40,560 bases of DNA from Gemmatimonadota bacterium (GCA_027622655.1 JAQBYI010000029.1:1-40560); one strand, 5' to 3'. Shown: positions 8,498 to 18,602, counted from the stretch's first letter. Translations and numbers: made by a program. The notes: generated by a model not told the origin, from the letters alone.

Positions 8498-9298
8498 TCA
8501 CGCCCGTCGCTCGTCCTTGTTCGCCCAGCGGAAAAAGACAATCGCCGAACTGATCACGATCGCGCCGAATACCCCGAGTTCCATGATGCCACCGGCCAGC
8601 TGCTGGTCGGCGCGCGGCGAAATCGCAAAAATCGGTGGAGCAAGTTCGTAGACACCGTAGATCGGGAGTTCGGCCGACAGCATGATCATACCGATTACGG
8701 TGTGAAACAGCGTCCCGACGAGCAGGTACAGAATTTTCAGCGGTGGTCCAAAATGCGGATATGAGGGCGCCGGCATGATGACCGGCCACCAGAACAGCAC
8801 CGCACTGAAAAACCACGCCGCGTCGATCGCGAACGCACCAAGGGCCGATGGCATCAACCCGTCCACGACAGCCGGCACGTGAGTTGTCGCGACGACGACG
8901 TTGAACACTATGGCCGCCATGAGAGGATGGACGACCAGTCGACCTGCGCGCCTTGCCAGCGGCGGCATCGTGCGAGGCGCACGCGCGGCGAACCCTGAGC
9001 GAACACCGAACAAAAGCAGCGGCGCCGCAACCATCGTCTCGATCAGGAACTGCAACGCGTGAGCCGACGCGAGGTACCCGGCTGCAATGGGGCCCAGCGG
9101 CCAGTCGAGTGACGCCCAGAGCGTGAGGCCGCCAACGATGAGGGCTCCACGCTCGGTAGCTGTCGCCCGTGACCACGCACCGCTCCCGGCAAGCCAACGA
9201 AAGCCGGCGCCCACCGCGATGACGAACAGCCACACTCCGGGGTACGCGCGCCACGTCCACGTCCACTGCTCGCCGAGGGCGGCGCACCACCATTGCAT
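8498..9298 (-). CDS. CtaG/Caa3-type cytochrome c oxidase assembly factor-like polytopic membrane protein
   Basis: The 266-aa product is very hydrophobic with multiple TM segments and resembles the Caa3_CtaG family. It lies next to the SCO1-like gene. Confidence 0.5.
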   Translation of the reverse strand: MQWWCAALGEQWTWTWRAYPGVWLFVIAVGAGFRWLAGSGAWSRATATERGALIVGGLTLWASLDWPLGPIAAGYLASAHALQFLIETMVAAPLLLFGVRSGFAARAPRTMPPLARRAGRLVVHPLMAAIVFNVVVATTHVPAVVDGLMPSALGAFAIDAAWFFSAVLFWWPVIMPAPSYPHFGPPLKILYLLVGTLFHTVIGMIMLSAELPIYGVYELAPPIFAISPRADQQLAGGIMELGVFGAIVISSAIVFFRWANKDERRA

Positions 9299-9309
9299 TG
9301 AGCCGACTC

Positions 9310-10386
9310 CTATTGCGGACGCGCCGCGGTTGCCGTGTCGAGATCGGCGTAGGTAATGACTGTCGCGTCCACACGCACCGTCCCGGCGCGCGCAAAGCGT
9401 ACGCCAACGGGCAGGCGCTCGCCACGGACGAGCGTCCGCGTCACCGGGGCGATCATTCCGTGGTATCCGCCAGGGCTCAGACGAAACATGCCCCGAGCCG
9501 GCACCTCGGCTGCATCCACGGCGTGCATCGTCGCCGTTCCGCTCGTCGGACCTTCCATCGTCATGTGCAATGACGCATTTCCAATCGCGCCTACATCAAT
9601 GGCGACGATCGTGTCGGGCAGCGACGTGGGGTTGCGCGCCACGAAGTAAATCGCAGCCGGCCCGGCGCCGACCGGGATGACTACGTACGCGCGCTCGACC
9701 ACGCTTCGGTCGGCCATTGCGGCAGACGCGCCGGCAAACACGCCTCGATCGCGCGTCCCGCGTTTGCTCAACAGTCGCGGTATGTCCCGCACCCAGTCCG
9801 CCTGCCGGGTTCCGAATGGATACATGACGTGCGCCGTATCGTCGGCGGTAAATGCCAGCACCGGAGCTGCATGTGATACGATGGTTGACCCGTCATCGGC
9901 GACTTGAATGATCGCGGGCCCGAATCCCACGGCGGCCTGGGCGGCATTGATGTCTTCGCTCGTGCCGGTCAACCCGATGAACGTCGCGTCAAAAGCATCC
10001 AGCCACTTGCGGAGTGCCGGGAGCGAATCGCGGTCGGGATCGACTGAGACGAAGACGACATCGATTCGCATCCGTTCCGTCGGCGTCAGGTTGCGCATGA
10101 CAGCCGACAGGTTCGCCATGTGCACCGGGCAGACGTCGGGGCAGTTGGTGTAACCGAACTCGAGGAACGTCAGCCGCCCGGCCGTGCGCGCTGCGAAATC
10201 GAACGGAGTTCCGTCGGTGGCAGTCAGCGTGAACGACGGGCGGGCCACCACGATGTCGGTGGCACCGGACTCAGGCGGCACGACGCGCCCACCGTCCGAA
10301 GGGCCGCAGGCAGCGGACGCGACAAGCGCAGCCGCGACCAGTGCGGCGAGCAGATCGAAGGAGGCGCCGGTTCGGCCAGCTTGCAT
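9310..10386 (-). CDS. SCO1/SenC thioredoxin-like copper chaperone fused to a C-terminal PCu(A)C-like copper chaperone domain; lipoprotein signal
   Basis: Lipobox LVASAAC. The SCO1 domain carries the CPDVCP motif. The C-terminal part has a His/Met-rich copper motif (MHAVDAAEVPARGMFRLSPGGYHGMI) characteristic of PCuAC/DUF461. Confidence 0.7.
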   Translation of the reverse strand: MQAGRTGASFDLLAALVAAALVASAACGPSDGGRVVPPESGATDIVVARPSFTLTATDGTPFDFAARTAGRLTFLEFGYTNCPDVCPVHMANLSAVMRNLTPTERMRIDVVFVSVDPDRDSLPALRKWLDAFDATFIGLTGTSEDINAAQAAVGFGPAIIQVADDGSTIVSHAAPVLAFTADDTAHVMYPFGTRQADWVRDIPRLLSKRGTRDRGVFAGASAAMADRSVVERAYVVIPVGAGPAAIYFVARNPTSLPDTIVAIDVGAIGNASLHMTMEGPTSGTATMHAVDAAEVPARGMFRLSPGGYHGMIAPVTRTLVRGERLPVGVRFARAGTVRVDATVITYADLDTATAARPQ

Positions 10387-10445
10387 CGATTCAATTTACC
10401 CGATGCTTGCCCCGGAGAGAGCGGCGAGCGAATCTATCTTTCTCG

Positions 10446-11483
10446 ATGCGACGACTTTTCGGACTGCTCGGTGTGCTCCTCGCCGCCCATCTGGTGCTCT
10501 CATTTGTGAGGCCGGAAGGCGCGGCGACGCCGCCCGTCGGCGAGGGGCTCGACATCGGTATCGTCTTCGATCTCGGGGGGCGCGGCGACAAGTCCTTCAA
10601 CGACGGCGCCTACCTCGGTGCCGAGCGCGCGATGCGGGAGCTTGGCGCGCGCGTCCGTTTCGTTGAGCCCGGCGAGGGATCGGACCGCGAGGCCGGACTA
10701 CGGCTGTTGGCCGCCGAGGGCATGGATCTGGTGATCGGAGTCGGGTTCATTTTCACCGACGACCTCACGGAGCTTGCGAACGAGTACCCCAACGTGGCGT
10801 TCGCCGGCGTGGACTACGCCGTCACGGTGGACCGCGCAGGCAATCCGGTCGCCCCGCCGGCCAACCTGGCAGCGCTCAAGTTTCGAGAGGAGCAGGGATC
10901 GTTTCTCGTGGGAGCGCTCGCCGCGCTGGTGGGCAACTCGAAGAAGCTCGGATTCATTGGCGGCATGGATTCGCCTCTCATCCACAAGTTCGAGGTCGGC
11001 TACGCGGCCGGCGTGAAAGCCGTGTGCCCGGACTGCCAGGTGATTTCGCAGTACGCCGGCGTCACGCCGGAGGCGTTTCGGAATCCCGGCCGCGGGAAAG
11101 AGCTCGCTCTGTCGGCGTACCAGCAAGGTGTGAACGTCATCTATCACGCCTCCGGTTCGACCGGGCTTGGCGTGTTCGAGGCCGCGCGGACGATGCAGAA
11201 GTTCGGAATCGGTGTGGACGCCGACCAGTTCAACGAAGCGCCGGGCTTCGTGCTGTCGTCGATGATCAAGCGCGTGGATAACGCGGTGTTCGACATGATC
11301 GCGCGCGTGAAGGACGAACGGTTCGAAGGCGGAGTTTATCAGTACGGCCTCGAGCAGGACGGCGTCGGATACGTGTACGACGACAACAATCGCGCGCTGA
11401 TCCCCGATTCAGTGCGTGCGCGGCTCGAACAACTCAAGGCCGACATCATCGCGGGGAAAATCATCGTGCCAAGCTCACGGTGA
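10446..11483 (+). CDS. BMP-family (basic membrane protein / PnrA-like) ABC transporter substrate-binding protein
   Basis: Signal peptide MRRLFGLLGVLLAAHLVLS. BMP-family features (GIVFDLGGRGDKSFND, GVGFIF, GIGVDADQ). Confidence 0.8.
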   Translation: MRRLFGLLGVLLAAHLVLSFVRPEGAATPPVGEGLDIGIVFDLGGRGDKSFNDGAYLGAERAMRELGARVRFVEPGEGSDREAGLRLLAAEGMDLVIGVGFIFTDDLTELANEYPNVAFAGVDYAVTVDRAGNPVAPPANLAALKFREEQGSFLVGALAALVGNSKKLGFIGGMDSPLIHKFEVGYAAGVKAVCPDCQVISQYAGVTPEAFRNPGRGKELALSAYQQGVNVIYHASGSTGLGVFEAARTMQKFGIGVDADQFNEAPGFVLSSMIKRVDNAVFDMIARVKDERFEGGVYQYGLEQDGVGYVYDDNNRALIPDSVRARLEQLKADIIAGKIIVPSSR

Positions 11484-13111
11484 AGGCCTCCGGCGCCGCA
11501 CCCGAGGGAGCGCACGGCGCGACTCCGGGCGCTGGCGGCGCGTCTTCGCCCGTGCCCGCTGTCCGGATGACGGGCGTGGACAAGCGCTTCGGCGCCGTGC
11601 AGGCGAACCGCGGCGCCGCGATCAGCGTGGCAAGCGGTGAGATTCACGCGCTGGTAGGTGAGAACGGCGCCGGCAAATCCACTCTGATGAAGGTGCTCAG
11701 CGGGATGCTCGTGCCCGATGCGGGAACGATCGCAGTTGGCGGCCGCGACGTTACCGGCTGGACGACGGCGCAAGCGATCGCGGCCGGCGTCGGCATGGTG
11801 CACCAGCATTTCATGCTGATTCCGACGCTGACCGTGGCGGAAAACGTCGTGCTCGGGCGCGAACCGGCGAGTGTCGGTACGTTCGACCGCGCGCGCGCCC
11901 TGCACGACGTTGACGAGCTCTCGAAGCAAAGTGGACTGATCGTCCCGGCCGACCGGCTCGTCGCCGACCTCTCGGTTGGTGAAGCACAGCGAGTCGAAAT
12001 CCTGAAGACGCTGTATCGCGGTGCGCGAATCCTGCTGCTCGACGAGCCCACCGCCGTGCTGTCGCCGCCTGAAGTGACTGAGTTGTGGGGGGTGCTGCGC
12101 CGAGTGCGTGACGCCGGAACCACGATCATCCTCATCACTCACAAGCTCGATGAGGTGATGGCCGTGACTGAGCAGATCACGGTCATGCGGCAAGGGATGA
12201 CGGTTGCGCGCATGGCGACACGCGAGACGACGCCAGAGGGCATTGCGCACGCTATGGTGGGGCGAGAGGTAGATCTGGCAGTGCGAGGAGCGCGAGTGAG
12301 GAGTGAGGAGGAAGCGAGGGATGAGGGTGGTGAGGAGGGCGTGAGGGGGGAGGAGCGAGGAGCGCTGAGCGTTCAAAACCTCGTAGTGCGAGGAGCGAGG
12401 GTAGAGCGCGCGGTCAACGATGTGTCCTTCACGGTTCGGGCGGGCGAAATACTCGGCATCGCCGGTGTCGAAGGGAACGGTCAGACAGAGTTGCTCGAAG
12501 CTATCGCCGGGCTTCGGCGCGCCACTTCCGGAGAGATCGTGCTCGGCGGGAAGGTCGTGACGAACGAGAGCGTCCGCGCGCGCGGCGACGCCGGGCTTTC
12601 ACACATTCCCGAAGACCGGCACCAACGTGGACTCGTGCTCGAGTACTCGGTTGCAGACAACCTGATTCTGGGACAGCAACACCGTTTTTCGTCGCGCGGC
12701 GCGATGGACCGGCATGCCGTGGCGTCGAACGGCGCAACGCAGATAGCAGCGTTCGACATCCGTCCGACCGATCCAGCGCTCGCCGTGCGCACGCTGTCCG
12801 GCGGAAACCAGCAGAAGGTGGTCATTGCCCGCGAATTGTCGCGCGATTTCATCGCGCTTCTCGCCGCGCAGCCGACGCGCGGCGTAGATGTGGGAGCGAT
12901 TGAGTTCATTCACGACGCGTTGCGGAAGGCGCGCGACGCCGGCAAAGCCATTCTGCTGGTCTCGGCCGAACTGCGCGAAGTGCTGTCGCTCTCGGACCGG
13001 ATCGCAGTGATGTACGGCGGCCGCATCGTAGCGATGATGCCGCGCGCCGAGGCAAGCGAAGAAATACTCGGCCCGTATATGACCGGCGCACGCAAGAGCA
13101 CGGCCGCATGA
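11480..13111 (+). CDS. ABC transporter ATP-binding protein with two tandem nucleotide-binding domains (BMP/nucleoside-type importer ATPase)
   Basis: Two Walker A motifs (GENGAGKST and GVEGNGQTEL) and two signature motifs (LSVGEAQR, LSGGNQQK). The inter-domain linker contains a Glu/Arg/Gly-rich insertion encoded by a GAGGAG-rich repeat. Start may be the internal M at 11564. Confidence 0.85.
   Translation: MKASGAAPEGAHGATPGAGGASSPVPAVRMTGVDKRFGAVQANRGAAISVASGEIHALVGENGAGKSTLMKVLSGMLVPDAGTIAVGGRDVTGWTTAQAIAAGVGMVHQHFMLIPTLTVAENVVLGREPASVGTFDRARALHDVDELSKQSGLIVPADRLVADLSVGEAQRVEILKTLYRGARILLLDEPTAVLSPPEVTELWGVLRRVRDAGTTIILITHKLDEVMAVTEQITVMRQGMTVARMATRETTPEGIAHAMVGREVDLAVRGARVRSEEEARDEGGEEGVRGEERGALSVQNLVVRGARVERAVNDVSFTVRAGEILGIAGVEGNGQTELLEAIAGLRRATSGEIVLGGKVVTNESVRARGDAGLSHIPEDRHQRGLVLEYSVADNLILGQQHRFSSRGAMDRHAVASNGATQIAAFDIRPTDPALAVRTLSGGNQQKVVIARELSRDFIALLAAQPTRGVDVGAIEFIHDALRKARDAGKAILLVSAELREVLSLSDRIAVMYGGRIVAMMPRAEASEEILGPYMTGARKSTAA
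12281..12311. repeat. GAGGAG/GTGAGG-rich repeat copy embedded in-frame in the ABC ATPase inter-NBD linker
   Basis: See the paired copy at 19348-19376. Here the repeat encodes an Arg/Glu/Gly-rich insertion (VRGARVRSEEEARDEGGEEGVRGEERG) that begins with a duplication of the native VRGARV segment. Confidence 0.65.
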
Positions 13112-14220
13112 GCGGGCACACTGGAGCGTTCGCTGAGCCGACGCCGGTGCCCGACGCGACTGCCCGAGCCATGAGGCGGCGCGCCGCATTGGAGGAAGCG
13201 CTGCTTCCGCCGCTCGTGGCTCTGGCGGTGATTCTCGTTGCCGGCGACCTGCTGATCCTGGCCTATGGCGAAGCACCGGGAGCCGTGTGGCGCCTGCTCG
13301 CGGAGGGCACGTGGGGGAACGCGTACGGCATCGGTCAGGTGCTCTACAAAGCGACCACGCTGACTTGCACCGGCCTCGCCGTGGCTTTTGCGCTGCGCGC
13401 CGGGCTGTTCAACATTGGCGCCGAGGGTCAACTCGCCGCGGGTGGATTTGGTGCCGCGCTGGCCGGACTCGCATTGCCGGCGGGCACGCCGTCCCTGGTG
13501 GCGATCGTGATCTGCGTGGGTGCGGCGGCACTTTGCGGCGGTGCGGTTGGCGCGGTACCAGGCGTACTGCGCGCGCGGTTTGGTGCACACGAAGTGATTG
13601 TGACAATCATGATGAACTTCATCGTGCTCGCGCTGCTCAACTACGTGGTGGCGGCGAAGCTCCACGTTCCCGAGACGTTGCACACGCCGACGATACGCGC
13701 CGGCGCTGTGCCCCGACTCGCATCGTCCATCGAGGCATTCCATGGTTCGGCCGCGAGCTGGACCATCGTGATTGTTGCTGCTGCAGTAATCGGTGTTGCG
13801 TGGTACCTCTTTCGCACGCGCGCGGGTTTTGAGTTGCGTGCAGTGGGGCTCCAGCCGGCGGCGGCCGAATACGGAGGCGTGAACGTGCCGCGCGCGTGGC
13901 GTAACGCCCTGATGCTCTCGGGCGCGATCGCCGGACTCGGTGGCGTGAACTACGTCCTTGGCTACAAGGGCTACTACGAAGACGGATTCGCGGGCGGTGC
14001 CGGTTTTCTGGGTATCGCCGTCGCGCTCGTTGGGCGAAATCACCCACTCGGCGTCGTGATTGCCGCGCTCTTCTTTGCAACACTGTCGCAAGGTGGCCTC
14101 GCGATCAACGCGATGGTGCCGAAGCAGATGGTGGACGTGTTGCAGGGGATCGTGATTCTGGCGGTCGCCGCAGCGGTGCCGGAAGTGCGCCGTCTCGTGC
14201 GGCAGGCGGCCCGACGATGA
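13108..14220 (+). CDS. ABC transporter permease (BMP/sugar-type, first permease)
   Basis: Polytopic membrane protein. Its start overlaps the ATPase stop. Confidence 0.8.
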   Translation: MSGHTGAFAEPTPVPDATARAMRRRAALEEALLPPLVALAVILVAGDLLILAYGEAPGAVWRLLAEGTWGNAYGIGQVLYKATTLTCTGLAVAFALRAGLFNIGAEGQLAAGGFGAALAGLALPAGTPSLVAIVICVGAAALCGGAVGAVPGVLRARFGAHEVIVTIMMNFIVLALLNYVVAAKLHVPETLHTPTIRAGAVPRLASSIEAFHGSAASWTIVIVAAAVIGVAWYLFRTRAGFELRAVGLQPAAAEYGGVNVPRAWRNALMLSGAIAGLGGVNYVLGYKGYYEDGFAGGAGFLGIAVALVGRNHPLGVVIAALFFATLSQGGLAINAMVPKQMVDVLQGIVILAVAAAVPEVRRLVRQAARR

Positions 14221-15095
14221 CACTCCTCCTGTTTCTGGCGCAGACGATTCGCATCGCGGTGCCGTACCTGTTTGCCGCGGCCGGCGGCGCCCTCGCGGAA
14301 CGCGCTGGCATCGTGAGTCTCTCGCTCGAGGGCTACATGCTCGGCGGTGCGTTCGGCGCTGCCATCGGCGCGTACTATGGCGAAAGCGCGTGGATCGGTG
14401 TCATGGCCGGCGTGGCGGTAGGGTTCGTCCTGGCCGGCATGCACGCAGTGGGGACGATTCGATTCAAGGCCGACCAGATCGTGACGGGCATCGCCATCAA
14501 CCTGTTCGCCGTCGGGATCACGCGATTCCTGCTGCAACTCGCGTTCGACTCCAGTTCCAACTCGCCGCGCGTGGTCGGGTTCGGCGCGGACAACGTCGGC
14601 GGTGCGCTTGCGCTCGCATCTAATCCGCTGGTGTGGGTTGGTGTCGTGGTGATGCCGGCGCTGGCGTTCGTCGTTTACCGCACGACGTTCGGCCTTCGCG
14701 TACGCGCCGTGGGCGAACACCCCGATGCGGCCGCGAGCGTGGGTGTCCCCGTCAATCGAGTGCGCTACGCGGCGGTGCTCGGTTCCGGCATGCTCGCCGC
14801 GCTGGGCGGTGCCTACCTCGCCCTCGACCAGCACCAGTTCACCGACTCAATGACTGCAGGCCGTGGTTTCATTGCCCTCGCGGCGGTGATTTTCGGCCGG
14901 TGGGACCCCGCTCGCGCGGGATTGGCGTGCCTCTTGTTCGCCGGCGCCGAAACGTTGCAGATCCGCCTCCAGGCGGCGCAGCTCGTTCCGTCACAGTTCG
15001 TGGCAATGATTCCGTACGTACTCACTATCGTGGCGGTCGCCGGCGTCGTCGGCCGCAGCGTTCCACCGTCAGCGCTCGGCCGTACGAGCGAGTAG
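14217..15095 (+). CDS. ABC transporter permease (second permease)
   Basis: Polytopic membrane protein. Its start overlaps the upstream permease stop. Confidence 0.8.
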   Translation: MTLLLFLAQTIRIAVPYLFAAAGGALAERAGIVSLSLEGYMLGGAFGAAIGAYYGESAWIGVMAGVAVGFVLAGMHAVGTIRFKADQIVTGIAINLFAVGITRFLLQLAFDSSSNSPRVVGFGADNVGGALALASNPLVWVGVVVMPALAFVVYRTTFGLRVRAVGEHPDAAASVGVPVNRVRYAAVLGSGMLAALGGAYLALDQHQFTDSMTAGRGFIALAAVIFGRWDPARAGLACLLFAGAETLQIRLQAAQLVPSQFVAMIPYVLTIVAVAGVVGRSVPPSALGRTSE

Positions 15096-15125
15096 ACTCA
15101 GAAACGGTTTTCGGGAGAATTCGCT

Positions 15126-16367
15126 TTGGGTCGGTTGGTCGTACTGATGGTGACGGCGTTCGTGGACATGATGGGCAACCTCATCGTGTTCCCGCTCATT
15201 CCCTACTACGCGCAGCGGTTGCTAGGGCACGGTCCGCTTTGGACTGCCCTCGACAAGATCGGCCTTGGCGGCGACGGCGCCGTCGTGTCGTTGATGGTGA
15301 TCGTATTCGCCGTCGCCCAGCTCATCAGCGCGCCGTACTGGGGCAGGTTTTCCGACAAATTCGGCCGGCGCCCGGCGTTGATGATAGGCATGGCCGGGTC
15401 GGCAGTCGCGTTCGTCGTTTTTGCGTTCGCCGATTCGCTCGAACTGCTGTTCCTCTGCCGCCTGGTGCAGGGCGCCGGCGGCGGCACGGTCGGCGTCATC
15501 CAGGCCTACGTCGCGGACGCAACCAAGCCCGAGGATCGCTCGAAGGCGCTCGGCTGGCTCTCTGCCGCGACCAACGCTGGTGTGACCATTGGTCCGGCAA
15601 TCGGCTCGTGGTCCATGACGTTCGGCTACAGCGGCCCGGGCCTCGTGGCCGCAGGGATCTTGTTGGTCAACATGGGGTTCGCGTGGAAATACCTGGCCGA
15701 GTCGAATGAACTCGCAGGTGTGCACGCGTCAGCGAGGCCGGCCGTACGCAAGTCCCCAGAGGCGCTGCGGCGAGTGCTCTCGCATCCGCGCGAGCCGGCG
15801 TCGCGCCTGATTTGGGTCTACGGCATCACGATGGGATCGTTCCAGGGAATGACGACGGTCCTCGCGCTCTTCCTGGCGTTCAAGTTCGGTGTGACCGAGC
15901 AGACGATCGGCTACTTCTTTGCCTACGTCGGGGGACTCTCTTTCATTACGCGCGCGGTATTCCTCGGCAAGATGGTCGACCTGTTCGGAGAAGCCCGACT
16001 GTCACGGATTGGAATGGTGCTGCTCGCAGCAGGGCTCGCGGGAATGGCTGCGGCGCCGAACATCCCGATGCTCGCGATCGCGGTTGCGTTCGTGCCACTC
16101 GGAACGGCGTTCACCTTTCCATGCGTCACGGGGATGCTCTCGCAGGTGGTGCCGCAGCACGAGCGCGGCCTGTACATGGGCGTGCAGCAGACATTCGGCG
16201 GCGTTGGGCGGGTGATCGGCCCGATCTACGCGGGCTTCACGTACGACTACCTCGGGCACGGAGTGCCGTTCTACACGGCTGCGTTGATCGTGCTCGCGAC
16301 GATTTCGCTCAGTGTGGGAATCGAAAATTCGATCCCGGCTCGAAAGCCGAAGGCTGCGGCGACCTGA
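15126..16367 (+). CDS. MFS transporter
   Basis: Twelve predicted TM segments with MFS motifs (GRFSDKFGRRP, two six-helix halves). The start codon is uncertain: TTG at 15126 or ATG at 15147. Confidence 0.75.
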   Translation: MGRLVVLMVTAFVDMMGNLIVFPLIPYYAQRLLGHGPLWTALDKIGLGGDGAVVSLMVIVFAVAQLISAPYWGRFSDKFGRRPALMIGMAGSAVAFVVFAFADSLELLFLCRLVQGAGGGTVGVIQAYVADATKPEDRSKALGWLSAATNAGVTIGPAIGSWSMTFGYSGPGLVAAGILLVNMGFAWKYLAESNELAGVHASARPAVRKSPEALRRVLSHPREPASRLIWVYGITMGSFQGMTTVLALFLAFKFGVTEQTIGYFFAYVGGLSFITRAVFLGKMVDLFGEARLSRIGMVLLAAGLAGMAAAPNIPMLAIAVAFVPLGTAFTFPCVTGMLSQVVPQHERGLYMGVQQTFGGVGRVIGPIYAGFTYDYLGHGVPFYTAALIVLATISLSVGIENSIPARKPKAAAT

Positions 16368-16370
16368 CGG

Positions 16371-16409
16371 CCTGAGCGCGCCTCAGCGCGCCTCAGCGCG
16401 CCTCAGCGA
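16371..16409. repeat. Tandem decamer CCTCAGCGCG x ~3.9 between convergent stop codons
   Basis: Direct reading gives cctgagcgcg cctcagcgcg cctcagcgcg cctcagcga. It overlaps the stop of the minus-strand hydratase gene. Confidence 0.8.
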
Positions 16410-17179
16410 TTCCTGAACACCTCGATCGCGTTGCGGGTGTGCTCGGACAGCACGAGTCTCCCGCTCATCGCTGCGCGCTCATCGAGCAGGGCGTCCCAGT
16501 CGTCCGTACCCTCCCACAACGTTTGCTTGATGCGCGCCGCGGCCTCACCGCTCCCCTTGGCGAGCTGCGCCGTGAATCCGTCGAACGCCGAATCGAGCGC
16601 TGGAATCGTGTCGTGCACCTGCGCATAGAGACCTGCCGCGAGCGCCCAGTGCGCTGAACGCCAGTCGGCGTCGAGCGCCATCGCGCTGAACGCGCCTGGC
16701 CCCACCTTTCGCTGAATCACGGGCCCGACGACAAAGGGACCAATGCCGACCGCCAGTTCGCTGAGCCGAATTTGCGCCTTTTCGGTGGCGATCACGTAGT
16801 CAGACGCCGCAACGATGCCGACGCCTCCGCCGACGACTTTGCCCTGTACCCGCGTAACGATCGGCTTGGGGCAGCGAACCATGGCGAGGATCACGTGGGC
16901 GAACCCGAGAAAGAACTCCTTTCCCTGATGTTCGTCACTGATCGCCACGAGTTCGTCGAACGATGCGCCTGCGCAGAACGGGCCCTCCTGGGAGCTGCGC
17001 AACGCGACGACGCGCACGTCCGGCCTGGCGCCAACGCCTGCAATCGTAAGGGCCAGCTCCCGGAGCAACGCGCCAGGAAGGGAATTCCCTTTCGGGTGCG
17101 TGAACTGCACGACAGCCACGCCGTCCGCGACGGACTCGGTGACCACGCCTTCCTGCTGTTCTTCGTTGCTTGCGCTCAT
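16403..17179 (-). CDS. Enoyl-CoA hydratase/isomerase (crotonase) family protein, possibly the PaaF-type 2,3-dehydroadipyl-CoA hydratase
   Basis: Crotonase fold (FCAGASF, GKVVGGGVGIVAASD). It is divergent from paaA. Confidence 0.75.
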   Translation of the reverse strand: MSASNEEQQEGVVTESVADGVAVVQFTHPKGNSLPGALLRELALTIAGVGARPDVRVVALRSSQEGPFCAGASFDELVAISDEHQGKEFFLGFAHVILAMVRCPKPIVTRVQGKVVGGGVGIVAASDYVIATEKAQIRLSELAVGIGPFVVGPVIQRKVGPGAFSAMALDADWRSAHWALAAGLYAQVHDTIPALDSAFDGFTAQLAKGSGEAAARIKQTLWEGTDDWDALLDERAAMSGRLVLSEHTRNAIEVFRNR

Positions 17180-17300
17180 GGCACCGTGCGGAGGGGAGGG
17201 AGCAACCGTATGTCGGGTGTTTTCAGCACACTGAATATTAGGTGTTCGATTGTCGGTCCCGAAGCCGAGGCCTACATTCCGAGGTCACGGAGCGCATCCA

Positions 17301-18263
17301 ATGACACCGACGCCAGCAGCCACCGAGGACCCAAAGCGCCTCGCGGAATTCGAGGCCCGAATCGCGCGCGGCGATACGATCGAGCCCAAGGACTGGATGC
17401 CGGAGAAGTACCGCCGGCAGCTCATTCGCATGATGTCGCAGCACGCGCATTCCGAGGTCGTCGGCATGCTCCCCGAAGGAAATTGGATCACGCGCGCACC
17501 GTCGCTGCGGCGCAAGATGTCGCTCCTGGCCAAGGTGCAGGACGAAGCGGGTCACGGCCTCTACATCTATTGCGGTGCTGAAACGCTCGGTGTGGACCGG
17601 CACGAGCTGGTGTCGCAGCTCCTGAACGGTACCGCCAAGTACGCGAGCATTTTCAACTATCCGACGCTGACGTGGGCCGATATCGGCGCCATTGGCTGGC
17701 TCGTTGATGGCGCTGCCATTGTGAACCAGACGATGCTGGCCAAGGCGAGCTACGGGCCGTACGCGCGTGCGATGGTTCGCATTTGCAAGGAAGAGAACTT
17801 CCACAAGCGCCAGGGCTTCGAGATCATGTCGTTGCTCTCGGCCGGAACGCCCGAGCAGCGCGCGATGGCGCAGGACGCGCTTGATAGGTGGTGGTGGCCC
17901 TCGCTGATGATGTTCGGACCGCACGACAAGGATTCGCCGAACTCCGGCGAGTTGCTGCGCTGGGGAATCAAGCAGAAAGGCAACGACGAGCTGCGGCAGC
18001 GATTCGTGAACCTCACGGTCGGGCAGGCCAAGGCCATCAATCTCACGATTCCCGACCCCAAGCTTCGGCACGACGCCGAAACCGGAAATTGGGCGTTCGG
18101 TGAAATCGACTGGGACGAGTTCTGGCGCGTGGTAAAGGGCGACGGGCAGTGCAATCGGGAACGACTCACCGCGCGCCGGAAAGCGCACGCTGATGGTGCG
18201 TGGGTGAGAGAAGCAGCCGAGGCGCATGCGGCAAAGCGCGCGCGACTTGAGTCCGTAGCCTGA
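17301..18263 (+). CDS. paaA: 1,2-phenylacetyl-CoA epoxidase subunit A
   Basis: Ferritin-like di-iron oxygenase subunit with PaaA segments ([36 protein letters not shown]). Start at ATG 17301; the ORF track begins at 17250. Confidence 0.85.
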   Translation: MTPTPAATEDPKRLAEFEARIARGDTIEPKDWMPEKYRRQLIRMMSQHAHSEVVGMLPEGNWITRAPSLRRKMSLLAKVQDEAGHGLYIYCGAETLGVDRHELVSQLLNGTAKYASIFNYPTLTWADIGAIGWLVDGAAIVNQTMLAKASYGPYARAMVRICKEENFHKRQGFEIMSLLSAGTPEQRAMAQDALDRWWWPSLMMFGPHDKDSPNSGELLRWGIKQKGNDELRQRFVNLTVGQAKAINLTIPDPKLRHDAETGNWAFGEIDWDEFWRVVKGDGQCNRERLTARRKAHADGAWVREAAEAHAAKRARLESVA

Positions 18264-18284
18264 CGTGAACCGAAGAGCCCATAG

Positions 18285-18602
18285 ATGACAAAGAAGAAAC
18301 AACCTGAACCGGCAGAGACAGGCGCCACCGAGCACCAGCTCTGGGAAGTGTTCACACAACCCGGCGGCGGAAAGCCGTTCGAGCATGCCGGAAGCGTTCA
18401 CGCGCCCGACGCTGAGATGGCGCTGCAAAACGCGCGCGATGTCTACGCGCGACGCGGTGAAGCCGTGAATCTGTGGGTGGTGCCGTCGAGCGCGATCGTT
18501 GCGTCGACGCCTGAAGACATAGGACCATTTTTCGACCCGGGCAACGACAAGCCGTACCGACATCCACAGTTCTACAAGGTCCCGCGAGGAATCAAAGTCT
18601 GA
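18285..18602 (+). CDS. paaB: 1,2-phenylacetyl-CoA epoxidase subunit B
   Basis: The 105-aa product has the PaaB signature (LWEVFTQPGGGKPFEHAGSVHA...DVYARRGE). Confidence 0.85.
   Translation: MTKKKQPEPAETGATEHQLWEVFTQPGGGKPFEHAGSVHAPDAEMALQNARDVYARRGEAVNLWVVPSSAIVASTPEDIGPFFDPGNDKPYRHPQFYKVPRGIKV

Noticed and set aside
11339-14223. Long minus-strand ORFs (345 aa and 437 aa)
   Set aside because: They are antisense to the ABC ATPase and permease genes, which have strong Walker/signature motifs and TM profiles. The products are His/Arg-rich shadow ORFs.
14633-15709. 358-aa plus-strand ORF
   Set aside because: Out-of-frame overlap with the permease and MFS genes. The product is extremely Arg/Gly-rich.
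17238-18563. 441-aa minus-strand ORF
   Set aside because: It is antisense to paaA and paaB, which carry clear family signatures.
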